Assembly (NCBI GenBank): GCA_028534125.1
Contig: CM052816.1
Coordinates: 79,176,001 to 79,240,000 of the forward strand
Direction of reading: 5' to 3'
Origin: Lama glama
Taxonomy: Eukaryota
Length of the DNA stretch: 64,000 nucleotides
In this document: positions 1-13,256 of the stretch, piece by piece
Layout of the letters: every line of letters begins with the position of its first letter
How positions within the stretch are numbered: the first letter of the stretch is position 1
Notes under the pieces: model-generated
Database searches by the model: none
Seen by the model: only the letters and a program-made list of their open reading frames with translations
What the model was told of the DNA's origin: nothing
Position numbers and translations under genes: made by a program

Positions 1-680
1 TCATCTGCGGTAATCATGTGGTTTTTGTCCTTCATTTTGTTAATGATTGATTTTCATATATTTTCATTCTGTTATTGATTGGTTTTCATATATTGAGTCG
101 TCCTTGCCTTCCAGGAATAATCTTAGTTGGTCATTATGTATAATCCTCTTCATATTCTGTTGAATTAGATTTGTTGCTATTTTGCTGAGGATTTTTCATC
201 AATATTCACAAGGGATATTAGTTTGTAGTTTTCTTTTTTTGTAGTGTCCTTGTCTGTCCTTGGTGTCAGGGAAATGCTGGTCCCATAAAATAAGTTTGAA
301 AGTGTTTTCTACCTTTTCAGCTTTGGGGAACAATTTGAGAAGGATTGGTATTAATCCTTCTTTAGATGCTTGATAGAATTTAGCAGTGAAGCCATTGGGT
401 CCAGGAATTTCTTTTGTTGGGAGATTTTGACTACTGATTTATTCTCCTTATTATAGGCCTATTCAGATTTTCTATTTCTTTGTGATTTACAATTTGATTG
501 GTTTTATGTCTACAGGAATTATAACATTTCATGCAGCTTATCTAATTTGTTGGCGTATAGTTGTTCACAATATTCTCTTATAATACTTATTTCCATAGAG
601 TTGGTAGCAATGACACCATTTTCATTTTCGATTTTGGTAATTTGAGTATTCTCTCTCTCTCCTTTTTTTTTTTATAGTCT
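1..680 (-). mobile_element. Old LINE-1 ORF2 fragment, degenerate
   Basis: T-rich sequence resembling antisense L1 ORF2 (e.g. gatagaatttagcagtgaagccattgggtccagg, ggcctattcagattttctatttctt); recognised from memory, boundaries approximate. Confidence 0.7.
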
Positions 681-1248
681 AGCTAGCTAAAGATTTGTTG
701 GTTTTACTTATCGTTTTCCTCTGAAATTTGCAAGCCCTCAAAGGACTATACAAATTTCTAAAATAGTTATTTTCAACAGATTTCTTTTAGTGCAATTATT
801 GTCAAGGTAAGGAGACAGATTCCTAACACTCTCTACTCTACCATCTTCCCAGAATCCTCCCTACTGCCATTTGATATATAGCTTTTTTGTTATATATGTT
901 ATACACACACACACACATAATTTAATACAGAATGTACCACTCACTATGTATGCAATCTTGAAAAATTTTCTGACTCTCCATTCAGCTTTGTTTTTTCACT
1001 TGTAAAATAAGAAATACCTTTAAGTGAAGGCTTTAAATGGAAACTTCTAGTACTTTAAATTGTATAAAATGACTGAAGAATTGTAAGATTCTCAATATTT
1101 TCAGGTTATATGATGGAAGAAATGAGAAAGCAAAAAAAAAAGCAAACATTCAAATATGTATTAAACTATTGGAATAAACAGATTATGATTTCATGTTAAT
1201 ATTGATCTAGGTTGACATTTAAATATTTACCTATTGGTGTTTTCTTAG

Positions 1249-1363
1249 ATTTAAAAAAGAAGGGAAAATCATTTCAAGTTATCAGTTGGTTTCTATCTGA
1301 AGATGATGTAAATGAATTAAGGAAACATTTTGAGTTCTTTGTCACAGAAGCTTTGCACGGCAG
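1249..1363 (+). CDS. UGT3A1: UDP-glycosyltransferase 3A (UGT3A1/UGT3A2-like), coding exon 3
   Basis: tttcttag acceptor and AG|gtaatt donor, 115 bp; encodes DLKKKGKSFQVISWFLSEDDVNELRKHFEFFVTEALHGR, similar to UGT3A; splices in frame to 3475. UGT3A1 versus UGT3A2 is assigned only from adjacency to CAPSL. Confidence 0.85.
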
Positions 1364-3474
1364 GTAATTTATTTTATTTTCTCAATGAAAGACCTACTAT
1401 TTTAATGATACAAATGAATGGATGAATACATGAATGCTTGGAGTGACTTCAAGAGAAATAGATGGGTTGATGGGTGAATGGATGGAGGAAGGGATCAATG
1501 ATGGGGATGGTGGGTGGATGGAATAGATGAGGCTTGCACTCCCAACCATTTGGTCTGTATACTGTCCCTCTTCCATGAAAAGCATGAATGGATTTCTGTA
1601 TAGTGTGTGTGTTGGGGGGCTTTTTCTCCTGAATCTTCTTGGCAATACTGCACCTACAGTCTTTATGTATACTATCCCTAATGCAGAAGGAAGGATAGAC
1701 AACTTAATTTCTCATTGCTGATAACAAAGCAGAGCCACTGTTTTATACTTATTTATTCCCCCTTCTCCTCATGTATCTCCATTTTCAAGAATGGAAAAAC
1801 ACTTATGAATATTGATTTTCCATACCTTGAAATGCTCATCTTTTAACCTTTTAAACTCATTTTAAAAACCCCTAATACCTTGATTGATGATACACAGTGT
1901 GAGATGGGCCTGAAAGGTTTTTTTTTTTGATTACCTGGAATGTACAGAAATTCTTCATTTTTGACATAAAAAAGAAAGACATAAATTCATGCCTCACTTG
2001 GTTAATTGCAGTGGTTTAACGCCCTTCTTCTTTGCTTAAAAATTCTACTCACTGTCAAGGTTGTGCTCAAATTTGACTTTTTCCATAAATATTTCTTCCT
2101 CACCTAAACTAAAAGACCAAATTCTCTCCTCTATAAGAGATCTGATCTAAAGTACTCATTTGAAACTTTGTGTCATCTTGTGTTGTTAGGCCTGTATTTT
2201 AAAAGCATATGACTTGTTTCAGCTCTACAAGCTTGATTTCTTTGAAGACTGGTTCTACACACATGTTAAATATGATGCAATATACTGAGCACAGTGTCTT
2301 CCTGTAATCTTCTCCAGTTAATTAACTTAATTTGAAATGTGATTAATGTTCTACTTTTGAGGACTTTGTACTTCATACTTTGCATTTATCCACAATATTT
2401 GGCAATCATTCTTTGTGTAAAATCTTTAAAAATATATAATAGAGGATGATTTCAGCTAATCACCATCACTTGAAGTTGATTCTACAGAACAGGCAGAGAT
2501 CTGCATCTTCCTAATGAGTCTTCAACCTGTGGGCCTTCTTTAAGTGGACTGACATGGTGTCACGTTGTACAGGTTGTGGGTTTGCTGGGCCATTGATTCT
2601 CTCAGTCCTTCTTCAGCTAGGAGGCCCATGGGTCTTCCAAACACCTGCACCTGTGACTTCTGGTCACAAGCATTTTTGTCTATTTTCCCATACACTACAC
2701 AAAAAAGATTATTTTCCTTCCAAGCAAAGACAGTAAACATTGAAGGAGAATATTTCCTGTTATAGTGCCATGAAGAAGAGTTTTAATTAGGTATTAGTAA
2801 AATGATAGCGTTAACTTTTGTAAATACTCCAGTGAGCATGAAGTGGAAAAGCTGTTAATAGGTTTCAAACAGGCTTTTTTTTTTATTTTGGTTTTGAATT
2901 ATTTAACTCCTATGCTAGGAGGCTATAAATCTCATGTTCAGTTTAGAGTTTGGATTCAGATACTATCATCAAGAAATTCTTTGTGTGAGGCAACCTGTCA
3001 AATGCAGGGTATAGAGAAATGTTGTTAAAAAGGCTGTAGCATCAATATCCATGGACTCTGTCAAGTTATTTCCACAGTTTGGCTGGGAAGCAAGACAGTC
3101 ACTCATAAAAAGTCAATGTATGGGTGAAAATTAAACAGAGCATCACAGAACATATCAAACAGACATAGAATCAGGAGATCTGCTACAGTCAGCCAAGGCT
3201 CCCAAAGCAGAAGGACCTTGAATTGGCGTTAGTGGTGGGTCACACTGGATTGGACAGAGAGAGGGGAGAATAAGAACCGAGAACATTTTAGGGGGTAAAG
3301 TTACCTGGACCAGAGGGACTAGAACAGAGGACAGTTCTAGAACAGTGGTGAAATAGGCTGCTGCAAAGGGCCTTACTTCCCTGGGATATTCTCTTTGAGC
3401 TGAAGATTCTCCTAAGAATTGTGAAATTAACACCTCCAATGAGTATTTGTCATTAATTTTTTTTTTCTGTACAG

Positions 3475-4003
3475 AGAAGCACTTGTAAACCTTGTAAGGA
3501 TAATGGAACATTTGGGGACCCGATGCAGCTATTTGCTAAGAAGTGATATCATGGATTCCTTGAAGAATGAGAACTTTGACCTGATGGTTGTCGAAGCATT
3601 TGACTTCTGTTCATTCCTGATCGCTGAGAAGCTTGAGAAGCACTTTGTGTCTGTTCTTCCCACACCATTTGGCAGCGCAGACATTGGGCTACCCAGCGCA
3701 GTGTCTCATGTGCCAGTACACTTTTCCTACCTAACCAGCCCCTTGGACTTCTGGGGCAGAGTGCAGAATTTTCTCTTGTCATTTCATTTCTCCATGAGAC
3801 AGTGGCAGATGCACTCTGCCTTTGACAAGACCATCAAGGAGCATTTCCCGGAAGGCTCGAGGCCAGTTTTGTCTCATCTTCTAAAGAAAGCAGAGCTGTG
3901 GTTTGTGAACTCTGACTTTGCCTTTGAATATGCTCGGCCCCTGCTTCCCAACACTGTGTATATTGGAGGCTTATTGGCCAAACCTATTAAACCAGTGCCA
4001 CAG
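3475..4003 (+). CDS. UGT3A1: UGT3A coding exon 4
   Basis: Polypyrimidine tract then acag acceptor, CAG|gtaagt donor, 529 bp; ORF 3503..4018 contains DIMDSLKNENFDL...DFWGRVQNFL...AELWFVNSDFAFEYARPLLPNTVYIGGL...PIKPVPQ. Confidence 0.93.
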
Positions 4004-4399
4004 GTAAGTCAAGCTTGAGCCCTGGATATGAATTTAATGCAGAGGTCCTCGGGGCACAGCTGGTGACTGCCTTGCCACTGGGATCCTGGGAGTGAAGTAG
4101 AGAGAGTGAGGCAAACAAAACACCTAGGATATATCATTTTCTTTTCTTGTATTTTACTTTTATTTTATTTCTCTATTGTGTATTTTATTTTATTGTGGTG
4201 AGAACACTTGATGTGAGACCTACTCCCTTGACAGGTCTCACATCAAGTGTTCTCATATTTAACAGTACAATACATTATTATTGCATACAAGTACCACACT
4301 GTGCAGCAGGTGTCTTAATCTTATTCATCCTTCTTCACTGAAATTCTTCCTCCATTGAATATTAGCCACCCATGTCTCCCCTTCCCCAGCCTCTGGAAA

Positions 4400-5960
4400 C
4401 CAACTTCCACTTTTTTTGTAGCCTAGGATATAATCTATCCTGAGGAATGTTTCATGTGCATTTGAAAAGAATGTGTATTATGCTGCTTTTGAATGGAATG
4501 TTCTATGTATATCTCTTAAGTCCACTTGGCCTAATGTGTCATTTAAAGTCAGTATTTCCTTATTAATTTTCTATTTGGATGATCTGTTCATTGATGTGAG
4601 GTTAGTTCTCTACTATTATTGTGTTACTGTCAATTTCTCCCTTTATGGTAGTGAATATTTGCTTTATGTATTTAGGTGCTGCTGTGTTGGGTACATATAT
4701 ATTTATAATTGTTGTCTCTTCTTCTTGGATTGATCTCTTGATCATTATGTAATGTCCTCCTTTGTCTCTTGTTACAATTTCTATTTTATTTTGTTTTATT
4801 TTGTAACATTTTTATTGAGTTATAGTCATTTTAGAATGTTGTGTCAAATTCCAGTGTAGAGCACAATTTTTCCGTTATACATGAATATACATATATTCAT
4901 TGTCACATTTTTTTTTTGCTGTGAGCTACCACAAGATCTTGTATATATGTCCCTATGCTATACAGTATAATCTTGTTTATCTATTCTGCATATGCCTGTC
5001 AGTATCTACAAATTTTGAAATCCCAGTCTGTCCCTTCCCACCACCTACCCCCTTGGCAACCACAAATTTGTATTCTATGTCTATGAGTCTGTTTCTCTGT
5101 TTCTGTTTTGTATTTTATGTTCTTTTTTTTTTTTTTTAGATTCCACATATGAGCAATCTCATATGGTATTTTTCTTTCTGTTCCTGGTTTACTTCACTTA
5201 GAGTGACATTCCAGGGACATCCATGTTGCTGCAAATGGCATTATGTTGTCATTTTTTATGGCTGAACAGTATTCCATTGTATAAATACACCACATCTTCT
5301 TTATCCAGTCATCTGCTGATATCTTGGCTATTGTAAATTGTGTACAGTCTCTGTTTTAAAGTCTGTTTTGTCTGACATCAGAATTGCTATGCCAGCTTTC
5401 TCTTGATTTCGATTTACATGGAATATATTTTTCCATCCCCTCACTTTCAATCTATGTGATCTTTAGATCTGAAGTAAGTCTCCTATAGGCAGCTATCTAT
5501 GGGTCTTGTTGTAGTAACCATTCAGCCACTCTCTCTCTCTTTTGTTTGGAGTATTTTGTCCATTTACATTGAAAGTAATTATTGATAAGTATGTGCTTAT
5601 TGCTATTTTGTTAATTGTTTTAGGGTTGATTTTGTAGTTTTTTGTTCCTTTTTTTTTCATCTTTTATTCTCTTCCCTTGTAATTTGATGACTATGTTTAG
5701 TGGTTATGTGTAGATTTCTTTCTCTTTTTTTGTGAATGTATCTATTATAGATTTTTGGTTTGTGATTTCCATGAGGTTTATGTATAGCAATCCATTTATA
5801 CATGTGATTATTTTAAGTTGCTGGTCTCTTAATTTCAAATGCATTTTAACAACCCTACATTTTTACTCCTTCCCCTTACAATTACTTTTTTTTTTGACAT
5901 TATGTTGTACATATTTTGTTTTTATATCTCCCTTAACTGCTTATTGTGGATATAGATGAT
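4400..5960 (-). mobile_element. Old L1 body fragment interrupted by a younger L1 3' end (~4780-5340)
   Basis: Flanks resemble antisense L1 ORF2; 4780-5340 is the reverse complement of the same L1 3'UTR family seen at 31735-32440 (gtgagctaccacaagatcttgtatat / atatacaagatcttgtggtagctcac). Confidence 0.75.
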
Positions 5961-6387
5961 GGTACTGGGATTATGTTTTCAGTGAAGAAAGAGATTCCCA
6001 TAACTTCAACCTTCCTCTTCCATAAAACATTGTCATGGAAATATTTTGTTATGCAGTGTAAGCACCTCATGTGCAACGTGGACTGTTGTGGTGACCAGTT
6101 ACTTAAAGCTCTCTTCACATTCATTTGTGAGGATTTAAAGTATTATATGGGAAGTTGTGTCCTAAGGCCTCAGAAAAATTATTTCAAGGCCATCCATCCA
6201 GAGGATCTGAGCATGGTGCAGAAAGCACTGAGCTGTCTTAGAGGCTACAAGAACAATTTCAAGACTGTGAGCTTAGGTGTTGACAGGAGAGGGTAGTTAG
6301 TGAACAGATGATTTTCATGAACATGATTTTCATGTTCATTTCATGAGCAACAGTATTCACTTCCTTTCCTTTCTTACCTCTTTCCAG

Positions 6388-6619
6388 GAACTTGAGAATT
6401 TCATCACCAAGTTTGGAGACTCTGGTTTTGTCCTTGTGGCCCTAGGCTCCATGGTGAATGACTGTCAGCCCGATGAGGTTCTCAAGGAGATGAATGCTGC
6501 CTTTGCTCGTCTCCCTCAAGGGGTGATATGGAACTATAAGACTTCTTATTGGCCCAAAGATATCAAATTGGCAGCAAATGTAAAACTCATGGATTGGCTT
6601 CCTCAAAATGACCTTTTGG
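6388..6619 (+). CDS. UGT3A1: UGT3A coding exon 5
   Basis: tttccag acceptor, G|gtaaga donor, 232 bp; ELENFITKFGDSGFVLVALGSMV...DWLPQNDLL, the start of the UGT signature. Confidence 0.93.
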
Positions 6620-7649
6620 GTAAGAACTCCCCAGGTCTACTTCTCTCTTTCCATTTATATGTCTTTGGGGTTCATTATGGCTCTGACCTTTAGTTGGGCA
6701 ATCCCATTAAGATGAGAAGGAGAGGGCAGGAATGGAGCAGCCAGCTGGAATTCTTGGGAAATCAGGCTATACTTCTAAAATAGCCCAAACAGCCATTTTC
6801 CCTTCTTTTTTATTCCAGTTCTGATCCTTGCAGCCAGAAGTGATATTATTTTCAGGTTCTTTTGACCCTACCTTATTTGACACTAAACAAGGTCACCCAA
6901 ACCCAATCCAAGATAGTTTGTAAACTCTGAGAACACATACCAGGGGGCATGTTGTCACTGCTTTCCCTGGCTTCTTGAACACCTGTTCAGCCATCTGATA
7001 TTGTACAGGTACACATCCACACATATTGGTACACTCTCTTCAGCTACAACAGGTGTGAGCAACTCACATATTTACAAAGTTGTTGGTGGTGTCTAAATGG
7101 TGTGCTGTAATATCTGAGTGCCAAACTGGGTAACCTCACAGCCAGTTATTTGGTCCATCCAGTTCTCTGGTAACAGAGCGCTCATTGCACCCCAAGAGAT
7201 TTTCTTTGTCCTTTTTCTCCTTTTTGGATACTCCTCAGTACAATAATCACTGTATTGGAGGCTCATAGCCAAGATTATGGTTCAAAGATGTATTGGGAAT
7301 TTATGATAGAAAATTCTGCACATTTAATTCAACACGACATGGGGTAGGGAAAGGAGTCCCATTTTCAAAGAAACCCAAGTGGATTCTGATTCACATCCCT
7401 GTTGCAAGGCAGAGTTTGGGATGAACTGTTCGTTATTAACACCTGTTTTAGTTTCCTCTAAATAAGGGTGTGGTCGGCATATAGGAACTGCAAATACTGA
7501 GGTGTATGGTACAGCATTCCCCACTTTAAATATTTCTCATAAAATTAAGGAGAAATCACATACAGTGTAAGTTTTATGAATGCCACATGAGTTGTGGTGT
7601 CAATGAGAGTATTAAGAATTTAGGTAAGTGGGAAACAAATGAGTAGTGG

Positions 7650-7850
7650 GGGAGAGAGGAAGAAACCGAGAGAGCTACAGAGATCAAGTGAGTGAGAGGC
7701 AGACAGACAGAGAGAAAGAGACATAGAAGTAGACTAATAGAGAGACAGTAGAGTAATAGAGAGACAGATAGTGTAATAAAGAGAGAGAACAGAGATATGG
7801 GAAGCAAAGGTAGACATGGTGGAGAGGGATGGATGGATGACTGGGCTAAA
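7650..7850 (+). repeat. Degenerate GA-rich low-complexity tract
   Basis: Runs of gagagacag/agagag. Confidence 0.6.
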
Positions 7851-8122
7851 GGAGGACGATGCCTCACTTACGACTTTTCTCTGCAGCTTTCCCTAGATTT
7901 TGAGTCTTATAGATTGTGTTTGAGGTGAGGAGTCTCTGTACAGAGACAAGGGCAGAATCTTGTATCTTGATATATTCACCTTTGAGTGTGTCCTAAGCTA
8001 AATCAGTAAATTCATTTTCTTCAAAAATACCTTGAAAAAATTAATTTTTTTGCCCTTGCTGCTTCCCTCCTTGTGAAACTTTTCATCCTGAAATGTTCTG
8101 CTCTTTTTCTTATTTGCAACAG

Positions 8123-8277
8123 GTCATCCTCGCATCCGTCTTTTTGTCACCCATGGCGGGATGAATAGTGTTATGGAGGCCATCCAACATGGTGTGCCCA
8201 TGGTGGGGATTCCTATCCTTGAAGACCAGCATGAAAATATGCTCCGAGTTGAAGCCAGAAATTTTGGAGTCTCTATC
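8123..8277 (+). CDS. UGT3A1: UGT3A coding exon 6 (partial, truncated by assembly gap)
   Basis: tttgcaacag acceptor; [52 protein letters not shown] contains the UGT signature (THGG..S..EA...GVP......DQ). Confidence 0.93.
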
Positions 8278-8777
8278 NNNNNNNNNNNNNNNNNNNNNNN
8301 NNNNNNNNNNNNNNNNNNNNNNNNNNNNNNNNNNNNNNNNNNNNNNNNNNNNNNNNNNNNNNNNNNNNNNNNNNNNNNNNNNNNNNNNNNNNNNNNNNNN
8401 NNNNNNNNNNNNNNNNNNNNNNNNNNNNNNNNNNNNNNNNNNNNNNNNNNNNNNNNNNNNNNNNNNNNNNNNNNNNNNNNNNNNNNNNNNNNNNNNNNNN
8501 NNNNNNNNNNNNNNNNNNNNNNNNNNNNNNNNNNNNNNNNNNNNNNNNNNNNNNNNNNNNNNNNNNNNNNNNNNNNNNNNNNNNNNNNNNNNNNNNNNNN
8601 NNNNNNNNNNNNNNNNNNNNNNNNNNNNNNNNNNNNNNNNNNNNNNNNNNNNNNNNNNNNNNNNNNNNNNNNNNNNNNNNNNNNNNNNNNNNNNNNNNNN
8701 NNNNNNNNNNNNNNNNNNNNNNNNNNNNNNNNNNNNNNNNNNNNNNNNNNNNNNNNNNNNNNNNNNNNNNNNNNNNN
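8278..8777. other. Assembly gap (500 N)
   Basis: Exactly 500 N. Confidence 0.99.
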
Positions 8778-11700
8778 CAAAGCACAATGAGATCTTCTGC
8801 CAGAATGAAGGCCACGTTATGATTATCTAAGGGAAGGGGTGTCTCCTGGTGGTTACTGAGAGCACCTAGACGTCTAGTTCTGGTTTTCTCCCGGCTAAGC
8901 GCACGTTAAGGGACACCCGCAACTTAATTCCCTCGAGTAGTTGCTCTAGTCAGATGTAGTATTTCCTCAATCTTTCTAGTAAATTTGAGTTAAATATAAA
9001 GTAGCCGGGTGTTAAGTGGACAGTATTTTGCCAGGCACTTCAAAATTATAGTCTCCCAGAAGGATCTGTGGGAGATGAGGGGAAACACATTGAGGGATTT
9101 AGTTTGTGTGTGTGAGCCTAGAAAGTAAGTGTCAGTCTCGGATGTGTGACCAGCAGGTGCTCTGGGAGATTTCCTGTGTATCTTACGTAGTAGACAGGAC
9201 GGGTCAGGGTGTGGGTGGGATGGAGGTGTGGCAGCACCAGAAGAAGAGAAGGGTTTAAGGAGGAGATATTTGGATCTTGCAGTTTGTTTTTTTAACTTTT
9301 CTTAGTCCAAAGGGAAAAGAAATGGTATTTAATATGCTTTTATACATAAACCTTATAAAGGAAATAAGACCAGAAACGAACACTTATTCTACAGTGTATG
9401 TCTAGTGTCTTTCCTTTGAAAGTGGCTGGACTTCCATCTTCTTCTCAGTTTGCTGTATCTGCTATATTTTCCGGGGACCATCTAAGTAAAAAGATTTTGT
9501 GGTTTGATTAATTTAAATTAATTTTATTAATTTTCATTAGAAGGAAAATTTCACGTCACCAGGAAATCTTTTAAAAGTTCCAGCAAGTTGATCTTAATTT
9601 AAGGGAAAATGAATTGTGGGCTTAGAGGTAGGGGAAGGAGTTCTCAGACCCCACCTTGAGGCACTTTAGTCTGAAGTCTGTGCTTCTTATACACACTCTC
9701 TGGTCCCGTTTGCGTTGGGACACTGCTTTCTGAGGTGCTTGACAGAAAGTGAAACTCCACCACTCGGTGCTTTAACTGATTCGTGGATGTTAGGAGCACC
9801 TGCAGCGCCAGGAGGGGCCCAGGGCAGGGGGTCTGCCCATTAAAGGCACGGACACTGGCCGAAGGGCAGAACTGGTTCAGAAAACATGACTCTTGGCCTT
9901 TCATCTAAAAGACAAGTCTGCCTGTGACAATTTAGAGACACACACCCTTTTAAGAAATCATTTGGGAAGAATCTGCCTGTGCATGAACTGAGGAACAAAA
10001 GTTCCATCCCAGTGAGCCTCGGGGGTCTCGTCTGCTGCAGACCCGTCCACGTTGGTGATGCTCACCGTGTTTCCCCAGTGGGAAGAAATGCTGTTTCTTT
10101 TGATAGGCACTTGCAGCCTGGCTGCTGTTCACTGTCCATCTGGGAGGAGCAGATGAAGTCAGCATGTGCCTGATGTGGTTTTCTTGTCCAAACCTGCAGT
10201 GATCAAATATACCCTTAGTATTTCACATCATTATGAATGCCCTCCATCAAATTCAGCTAAAATGTACAGGGAAACTTCCACATGCAAAGCACTGTGTGTG
10301 CTCGACCCACTGGAAGTCTCTCCACTCCAAAGATCTCTGACTCCATCCCTTGAGAATCTTCATTTTAGAGAAGCGGGACAGTTATGTAAACAACTCTAAT
10401 ACAAAGTAGGTTCTGATAGGTGCAATAATGGAGGCAGAGAAACATATCTCACGGCATATGAACACATGCAGGAAGTATGCACACTCCCTGACACACACGT
10501 CCACTGAGTGGTTGTACATTTCTAAAGCACGTCTTGTTAATTCACGTTGTTGCATATCTCTAGTACTTTATCACAATAAAGTGATAACTGAAAGAGAGGG
10601 AGGCACATTCTTCTGTGAATGCCTGTTTATTAAGGTTAGATTAAAACATAGCCAGTAGATTTATTATTCAACAATGTTCGCCTAAGGTAATGTGACTACC
10701 CTCCCCTCAAATCATTTACTTGTGTCTTGTATTCCCTTTAAGAGTTAAGTGATAATCACAAAATGCAGCAGATATTGCTGGGAAGTCTTACAGATGCATC
10801 CTGGTTAATCGTTCTGTACTTCGTGGATGCAAGTCATACACAAAATCAAGTGATCTGTCACTGCTTCTCCCCACATAGAAAAACTTTAATTTGGTCACGT
10901 CAAGGACAGAAAACTACAAGGGAGAAATTATTAATGCTCTGAGTGACAAAGTTGACTGAGTAAACCTGGTTCTACTGTTTTTGTTCAGGTTTCTATTCAG
11001 TGCTAGAAAGTTCAAAACAGCAAATTTCTCCTTTCTTTCCTGGGGAGATACTCATTAAAATTTTTCTTAGTGTTTAAAGTATATTGACTAACACATAATA
11101 AAACATAATTTTTCAACTTTCCTCCTCTCAACAGAGGCACACATTTGGCTGCATATGATGAAATTCAGTTCCTAGGAGCAGCCTAATTTGTTAGAAGACA
11201 CCGTGGATGCATGGATGGGCTCCAAATTGTATCGAACACAGATTTTCTTCTACTCTTCCTGGTCAACCTGGGAGGAATGGGAGGCTGGCAAGTGGGTGGA
11301 AGAATTTTTTTTCCTTCTTTGCTGCAAATAACATCAGTGCAAAGTAAGAAAGGTAGCATCTGTGATGACATTAAGAGATCTCATTAACAGAAAGGAACAG
11401 GAAAAGTTTTCCTTTTGTTGTAGAGACACCCACAGGGATTTTTAAATACCTTTTTTCCCCCAAAGAACAGACATAATGAGGGGAGTTATGACCATTTTAG
11501 AAAGAGCATTAAAGTCAAACTTTTATTATCAGCATGTTCTGGCTACCATCAAAGTATCTACACTTAACTCTGTCAAAGCTGCATAACGTACCACATGTTA
11601 ACTACAGTTGAGTCAAACCATCTTCATGAATTTCACTCTGCCCTTCTGCCAAATTCGAATATTAATGGACTCTGCTGCTCTCTGGGCTTACCTGCTCCCT

Positions 11701-13256
11701 CCTACAGGTGCGTCATGTTAATTTAAAGAAGGAGCAAAGAGGAGTTATTATGATCTTGGGAGATATGACAGAAAAAAAGAATAGTAAAGACATGGAGACA
11801 AAGGTCCTTGAACTTGGGCAAATTTTGCTTCTTTGCATACCCACTTCACTACTATTTTGCCAGTGATCATTCATTTACCAAACTTACAGTTTTCCATAAG
11901 CTATGAGGGATGGATAAAATGAGTCAAAGAAGGTAGATAAAATATATAAATAATATAAATGTAATATAATATATTCTTTCAATCAAGCACTTATTTACAA
12001 ACTCCTACTGAATTCCTGTTATAAGCTATTTTTCTGTCCTAAGTGCTGGCAATTTAAGATTAAAGACATAGTCGTAACTCTCTGTCACTTTTTAAAAATA
12101 TTAAAAATAACACAAATAAAGTGCTTTGGCATTTTAGGAAGGAAAAAGTAGAACAAAAATTTTAAGTCAGACTGCATGCTGATAAGGGAAGTAAAATTAT
12201 AAATGAGTTAGTGTAAATATTAGGTCCAAGTACATCGGACATAAAATGAAACAAAATGTGTATTGAAAATAAAAGCAAAACCAGTCAATTTGATGGGAAA
12301 AAATAATTTTTCTTTTATTTACTCCTTGGTAAGAGATACAATTATTTTTAAAATTCACCAGCTGTAGAGTAACTATGAATAATAGTTACCCAAAGTGTCC
12401 CAAACTAAATAAACAAAGAACGTAAAAAGGAGAAATGAGAAGGCAACAATAGTACTCGTAAATCTGAACAAATCTCTGTGAAATGAGACAAAGTATCAAA
12501 GTTAATTAATTAATTAAAATGAGAATAAATTTTCATCATAGTTACAAACAGGGGCTTAGTGGTGGGAAAAAAATTGGATTGCCTATAATTAAGCCAAATA
12601 CGTATCTCTCTCTTTTAAACAAGTCACTGCTAATGATTTAAATGATTAAACCTTCCATAAAGGGTTTGGATATAAAGAAAACCAAGTGATCCACTCAAAG
12701 AATTCCTGTGGGAAGAGATTCTAGAAACTCTCTCCCAAGTTCCCCATCACACTGCCCTGTGTGGGAGAGCTAGTTCCACTGGATCTACCAGGATCCTACT
12801 TACTTAATACCACAGAAAAATCGAACACCATGCATATCAAGAAGGGAAAAATCCGATGGAAAGAGATCATCGCTTTCTGGCACAAATGTGGTTTAGTTCC
12901 TGACCGTCCAGAGATTGACAACAGTCCTACAGGCCTGGTCCTGCCCAGTGACTTGCACACTGTGCCTCTGTAAATCTCTTTTCCTGTCCGCGTAGGAAAC
13001 TCTGAAGTTCAGCAGACCGTGCGGCTCTTGGCCTCTCACTATCTGGACAATAGAATTGTTGGCGTCAGCAGCGGGAAAAGCTAATTAAGCCTTTACCCAG
13101 CTCTCAGGCCAGAATGAAATTACTGTTTGATTACAGCATTGTTACGTGATTTATCACGTCTTTACACTAGAGGAATATTACAATTGCTGATTTTGTTCTA
13201 AATCCAGCGAGGTGGCACGAACCCTCTGTGCCAGCCTCGCTCTGTTCTGCCCGTCG

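Noticed and set aside
8110..8830. Several 180-225 aa ORFs spanning the N run
   Set aside because: Artefacts of translating Ns; only 8123-8277 on the + strand is real coding sequence.
13144..13159. Inverted repeat ACGTGAT-TT-ATCACGT
   Set aside because: 7-bp arms are expected by chance in 64 kb, and there is no other support.
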